Shown here: positions 63,871 through 64,000 of the stretch, piece after piece
Layout of the letters: the number at the start of each line of letters is the position of its first letter
Position numbering within the stretch: position 1 is the stretch's first letter
Source: Raillietiella orientalis
Taxonomy: Eukaryota
NCBI GenBank assembly: GCA_036172245.1
Contig: JAYWIR010000007.1
Span: forward strand, 1,426,001-1,490,000
Direction: 5' to 3'
DNA: 64,000 nucleotides
Position numbers and translations under genes: made by a program
The notes under the pieces: generated by a model
Databases searched by the model: none
Seen by the model: the letters and a program-made list of their open reading frames with translations, nothing else
Told to the model about the DNA's origin: nothing

Positions 63871-64000
63871 TTCGATTTGCGATTATGCCCTGAAAACGAG
63901 CGAGGGAAAAAAATCTTCACGTCTTTTCTAATGGATGCTTAAATCCTGAAAAACACAGCTTGCTCATGAAGCATCCATCAGAAAAGTAATCCATAAAAAA

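Noticed and set aside
1..64000. CRISPR arrays, rRNA genes, prokaryotic operons
   Set aside because: None seen; the DNA is eukaryotic with spliceosomal introns. Long poly-A/G/C runs are simple repeats and possible assembly-error sites.

Overview
Eukaryotic (metazoan, probably arthropod) genomic DNA with spliced genes and a sharp AT-rich/GC-rich mosaic. Five protein-coding genes can be built with GT-AG introns: GID8 (+, 203-4157), an Rh-type ammonium transporter (+, 22141-33094, with a second candidate first exon at 17001-17285), XRCC4 (-, 33283-34347), intronless HYPK (-, 34533-34889) and a connectin-like GPI-anchored LRR protein (-, 43282-45156). The rest is intron or intergenic DNA holding a ~700-nt tRNA-headed SINE-like family (3 copies plus a fragment), a decayed Polinton/adintovirus-like polymerase relic split by one SINE copy, a fold-back element with an AT-rich core, a piggyBac-like MITE, and decayed pogo/Tigger and RTE relics. 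The best leads are two alternative Rh first exons that need two splice acceptors 8 nt apart, a possibly shared or bicistronic HYPK-XRCC4 transcript, the virus-like relic, a probable gene-conversion tract between SINE copies, and a CpG/GC3 mosaic that looks like a gene-body methylation footprint. Most long ORFs in the GC-rich stretches look spurious. All family assignments come from motif recognition by eye, not database searches.
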